From Nemertoderma westbladi (taxonomy: Eukaryota > Animalia > Xenacoelomorpha): DNA of 64,000 nt. Positions 61,719 through 64,000 of this stretch are shown in pieces; position 1 is the first letter of the stretch, and the number at the start of each line of letters is the position of its first letter. A model generated the notes under the pieces. That model did not search any database. It saw nothing but the letters and a program-made list of their open reading frames with translations, and was not told the origin of the DNA. The translations under genes and the position numbers were made by a program. The stretch lies in contig JAUCBJ010005741.1 of the NCBI GenBank assembly GCA_032718475.1, positions 79,671 through 143,670 on the forward strand, written 5' to 3'.

Positions 61719-63549
61719 TATCCAACTGGCAGTTGTGCTAACATTTGGCTATCAAAAATGGCAGTTGTGGTGACAAAAAAATAGTGGTAACAAGTTGAGC
61801 TGACATTTGATCAGGGACATGTGTCCGACGTTTTGATCGGGTCCCCATGTACTCTTTGTAATGTTAGCACAAGTGCCACTTTGCAATACCTGAAATGTGA
61901 GGGAAAAAAATCGTGTATCCCTTTAGCGTCCTCTTCTTGAACATTCAAAAATCATTGACTAGAGTTCTGCTAACATGTAATAGTTGTGCTAACATCAAAC
62001 AAATGACACCATCAATATTGATTAAAATTATCTCATGGAATTTATAACACCAGTTGTAGGAACATTTCTCCTCTGCAGTTAGGCAGCGAATTCGTGCTGT
62101 CTATAAAATATTCTAGAACATTTAATTATTTACATGGAGTGAACGGCGATGCCATTGTTAGAGAAGGCAATATATCGAGCTTGAAGGCGAATATATGTCT
62201 GCTGGCCAGACAGTAGTGTAGCTAATGCAATGGATGGGGAAGCCAGCCTGCGGCGATATTGATTTGTGATGTAAATAGGAAGGCCCTTTGCCCCACAAAT
62301 TCGGGTTCATAATAATTCGGGGTAATGTAAATTTATCTGTGAATATGAAGCACTACTGGAGGCAATATTAAGGGTACTCTTTCACTTGCTTCCTTTTCTT
62401 GTATTTACGTACAAGGCAAGGGGGACTGGACTCCACACTAACTCCCACGGATGAACACAGAGGATGATCTCATATACATATTATATATTGTGCTGTGCGA
62501 TGGCCGTATTTCGATTGTGAATCATGTTTTGCATTACAAACAAGATTTATTTATCCTTAATTAAATCAAATTGATTTTATGACCATATAGGTTTTTTGGG
62601 ATGCTGATCACGAATATAACACTGAAATATATCGTACATTATTGATTAGGGAATTTATGGATATGTACGTGTCAATGTGCGGCATGAAAAATACAAGTAG
62701 CACTAATTGGATAATACAAAAATGATTATCAAATCAACCTGATTTTATGACATTGTGGGTTTTCTGGGACGCTGATCACGAATATGACACTCAAAAATAT
62801 AGGATTATCGAACTAAATTCGATTTTTGGCGTTTGAAATTGTACGCCATTTGTATTTATCCGTCCCACCGGACAAGCAGCAAAAATGATAGTTGCGTTAA
62901 CACGAATGATTTTTTACGAGTTATATCGTAGTAATCAGCGACTTTGAAAACCAGTATACTGTGGATATTTATAACCAAAGTCAAAATTTAACACTTTATA
63001 ATTTTGTGCTACTTGTAGTTTTCGTTTTGGGGCACTTGAATGGCACCAAAATGGGATTTGCACATGCACATACCAGAAATATTTATAACTAGTGTCATCC
63101 TGTTCAGCGACATCGAAAACCCGTATACCTTCAGAATTATCAAACCAAACACAACATTTTTCAGTTTGACATTTTTTACTTATAATATTTTGAGTTTGCA
63201 GCTATATATATATATATAGAGATGCTATATATAGAGTAGACTCAAACTTTTTGGACAAAAATAAAAAAATTGACAGTGGAAAATGTCAAAATTGAGAAAT
63301 TGTGAAAAAATCTTGTTTTATATACAGAATCATGAATATCAGATAATGGTCCCCTTAATATTAGAAATCAATTTTAACAATGACGAGCCTTGGAAAAGCT
63401 AAAACAAAGAAAACTTGCGATTCTTTGCCTGCCTCTTATGGTGGAATTTCACAAGATGGGTACGATGCAGTGGGTGAAACAAATTGACGGAAGCCATTTC
63501 AATAATTAGAAAACCGTGACAGACATCATGGTCATTTATCATGATGGTA

Positions 63550-63780
63550 TATGACTTCACTTGACTTTACAACACTTTTTAACAATTTAAATTATTTGAC
63601 TTGATATCACTTGGTTTTATGACACTTGACTTGACATCATTGGACTCGACATCACTTCATAATTAATGCCTTGATTGACATCACGTGACTTGATAGTAGT
63701 TTGACTTGGCGCCATACGACTTGACATACTGACTTGACATCACTTGACTTGACAAACTTGACTTGACTTGATAATACTTG
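63550..63780. repeat. Degenerate (gactt/gacat)n pentamer-based repeat
   Basis: acttgacttgacatc motifs. Confidence 0.75.
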
Positions 63781-64000
63781 TTATATTATCACCCTGATTT
63801 GTTGATACAGCTCGTTTCCTGCTTGTTTTATCCTCTATGCAAATTTAGGATGTAGGCCTGCCTTATAGACATTTCCTGTTTCGAGATATTATTAAAATTT
63901 GACTCAAAAATCTTTGAAATTCTCATTACAGTAGTACGGCAATTCAATTACTTTAAGTAGAGGACATATTACATTTGTTCGTTTACTCCTCCTGCGTTAC

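Noticed and set aside
61547-61784. RE/SL dipeptide-repeat ORFs
   Set aside because: Translation of a (GA)n microsatellite.
62368-63358. Kolobok-like element bounded by TTAA (ttaagggtac ... gtccccttaa)
   Set aside because: The inverted match is only a few bases, too weak to call.

Overview
This is AT-rich, repeat-dense genomic DNA from an animal (probably an invertebrate), not a prokaryote. The one intact host gene is a Mask/ANKHD1/ANKRD17 orthologue on the minus strand, with 4 large coding exons (46640-45312, 44014-42806, 32311-31301, 25982-22233), all introns phase-0 GT-AG, about 2432 aa, two ankyrin blocks and a KH domain. The most unusual region is 1-6500. It looks like the 3' part of an LTR retroelement (PPT-like tract, then TGT, then CCAAT/TATA/Inr). 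Where env would sit, it carries an intronless unknown ORF and a WRN/RNase D-like DEDDy 3'-5' exonuclease fused to three CCHC zinc knuckles, preceded by two copies of a stem-loop with compensatory base changes. Mask intron 2 holds an antisense, decayed gene for a type II membrane mucin-stalk/fibrinogen-domain protein and a near-perfect 53-bp palindrome. The rest is minisatellite arrays (27, 36, 31, 28, ~50, 10 and ~150 bp units), decayed LINEs, a tRNA-derived SINE and nested non-autonomous DNA transposons. All family assignments come from reading motifs by eye; no searches were run.
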